Source: Eledone cirrhosa
Taxonomy: Eukaryota
Assembly (NCBI GenBank): GCA_964016885.1
Contig: OZ024745.1
Span: 22,010,001 to 22,074,000 of the forward strand
DNA: 64,000 nucleotides
Reading direction: 5' to 3'
The notes under the pieces are model-generated. The model ran no database searches and was not told the origin of the DNA. It worked only from the letters and a program-made list of their open reading frames with translations. Of this stretch, positions 62,847-64,000 are shown piece after piece (within the stretch, counting starts at the first letter, position 1; the number at the start of each line of letters is the position of its first letter). A program made the translations under genes and the position numbers.

Positions 62847-62886
62847 CCGAGCTGAAGATCCGCGAAGGTGAAACAATTGTTCTCGG
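62847..62886 (+). ncRNA. Type-I hammerhead ribozyme variant with U.U at the base of stem II
   Basis: CCGAG-CUGAAGA-UCC(GCGAA)GGU-GAAA-CAAUUG-UU-CUCGG. Confidence 0.8.
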
Positions 62887-62953
62887 TATGGTGAACTAAC
62901 TGTTGTGTAACCACTTCTATATATATGTATATATATATATACATGTATATTTA

Positions 62954-63023
<70 letters not shown>

Positions 63024-63168
63024 AATAAGGGCGCTGCGGAGTTGCAAATGGGTTACATATGAAAAAAGCTCGTCCTTCAGTGATCTTCCAACCATCATAG
63101 GCATTTCATCGCTTTAAAGACCATATACCTCCGGTTGGTGCGAGCAACGGCTAAAAAAAGTCGCTGGG

Positions 63169-63257
<89 letters not shown>

Positions 63258-63381
63258 TAAGATTGGACGCCTGACGGCCAAGCCTAAACTGTTTCGATGG
63301 CATATTGTATATTCGTATCACTGGTTAAGACGACTAACATCTCATACAAACATACATACATAGTATATATATATATATATT

Positions 63382-63553
63382 TAGGAAAAAGTTTAACCCC
63401 GACAGCAGAGCTCAAGCCGTTTCGACGACGGAAATAGCCGTCGAAACGGCTTGAGCTCTGCCGTCGGGGTTAGACTTTTTCCTATTACCCACTCTACTAC
63501 CCTAAGTATTGAGTACTCTGGTGCGTTATGATCCATCTGGTTCCTTACCACAC
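63382..63553 (+). mobile_element. Fold-back PLE-like remnant, family A
   Basis: Arms meet at TTCGAC-GACG-GAAATAGCC. Confidence 0.75.
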
Positions 63554-63562
63554 TACATATAC

Positions 63563-63628
<66 letters not shown>

Positions 63629-63940
63629 TCTTTCTAACTTAGCTACGCTATACGCTTTGTTATATTTCCTACCTAATATTTTTTATCAATTATATGTATG
63701 TAAGTGTGTGAGTATGTGAGAATTTGTGCTCTTGCATATGTATGTATATCTATGTGTGTGCTTAAACTTACATTTGTATTGTATGTATGTTCATAACCCA
63801 CACATACATGTGTGTGATATATGTGTGTCTATGTTCTTATATGTCTATGTTCGTAATTGTGTGTGTGGGTGTAATAGGGATATTTTAAAATACTCCTTTT
63901 GTTTCCTTATATCCGAACATACTTGTATATGCACACTAAT

Positions 63941-63996
<56 letters not shown>

Positions 63997-64000
63997 ATAT

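Overview
AT-rich, microsatellite-saturated eukaryotic DNA. It is most likely an intronic or intergenic stretch of an Octopus/coleoid cephalopod genome, which is an inference from the repeat landscape. I found no host protein-coding exon, and almost all ORFs in the track are translations of (TA)n, (CA)n, (TACA)n or trinucleotide repeats. The main element is a near-complete but frameshifted Penelope-like retroelement (PLE, Naiad-like) at 1843-6918. It encodes RT, a Cys linker and a C-terminal GIY-YIG endonuclease, and carries a 930-bp inverted copy of its 3' end. The signal the ORF track misses is RNA structure. Reading both strands gives about 9 type-I minimal hammerhead ribozyme (HHR) motifs with an intact core, plus several decayed ones, from at least 6 unrelated sequence families. 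Most have the palindromic, nearly loop-less stem III typical of dimer-acting PLE ribozymes. Some are unusual: a ~55-60-nt insert in loop II, a U.U pair at the base of stem II, or a very long stem I. Many PLE remnants are head-to-head fold-backs in (TA)n tracts, including an 8-copy family whose two arms converge on almost the same nucleotide. Also present: ~17 copies of a tRNA-derived SINE (often tandem), a second SINE family, RTE LINE remnants, an R4/Dong-like LINE 3' end inside (TACA)n, mariner fragments, a non-autonomous Helitron-like element and several minisatellites. All calls are by eye, and no ribozyme activity is demonstrated.
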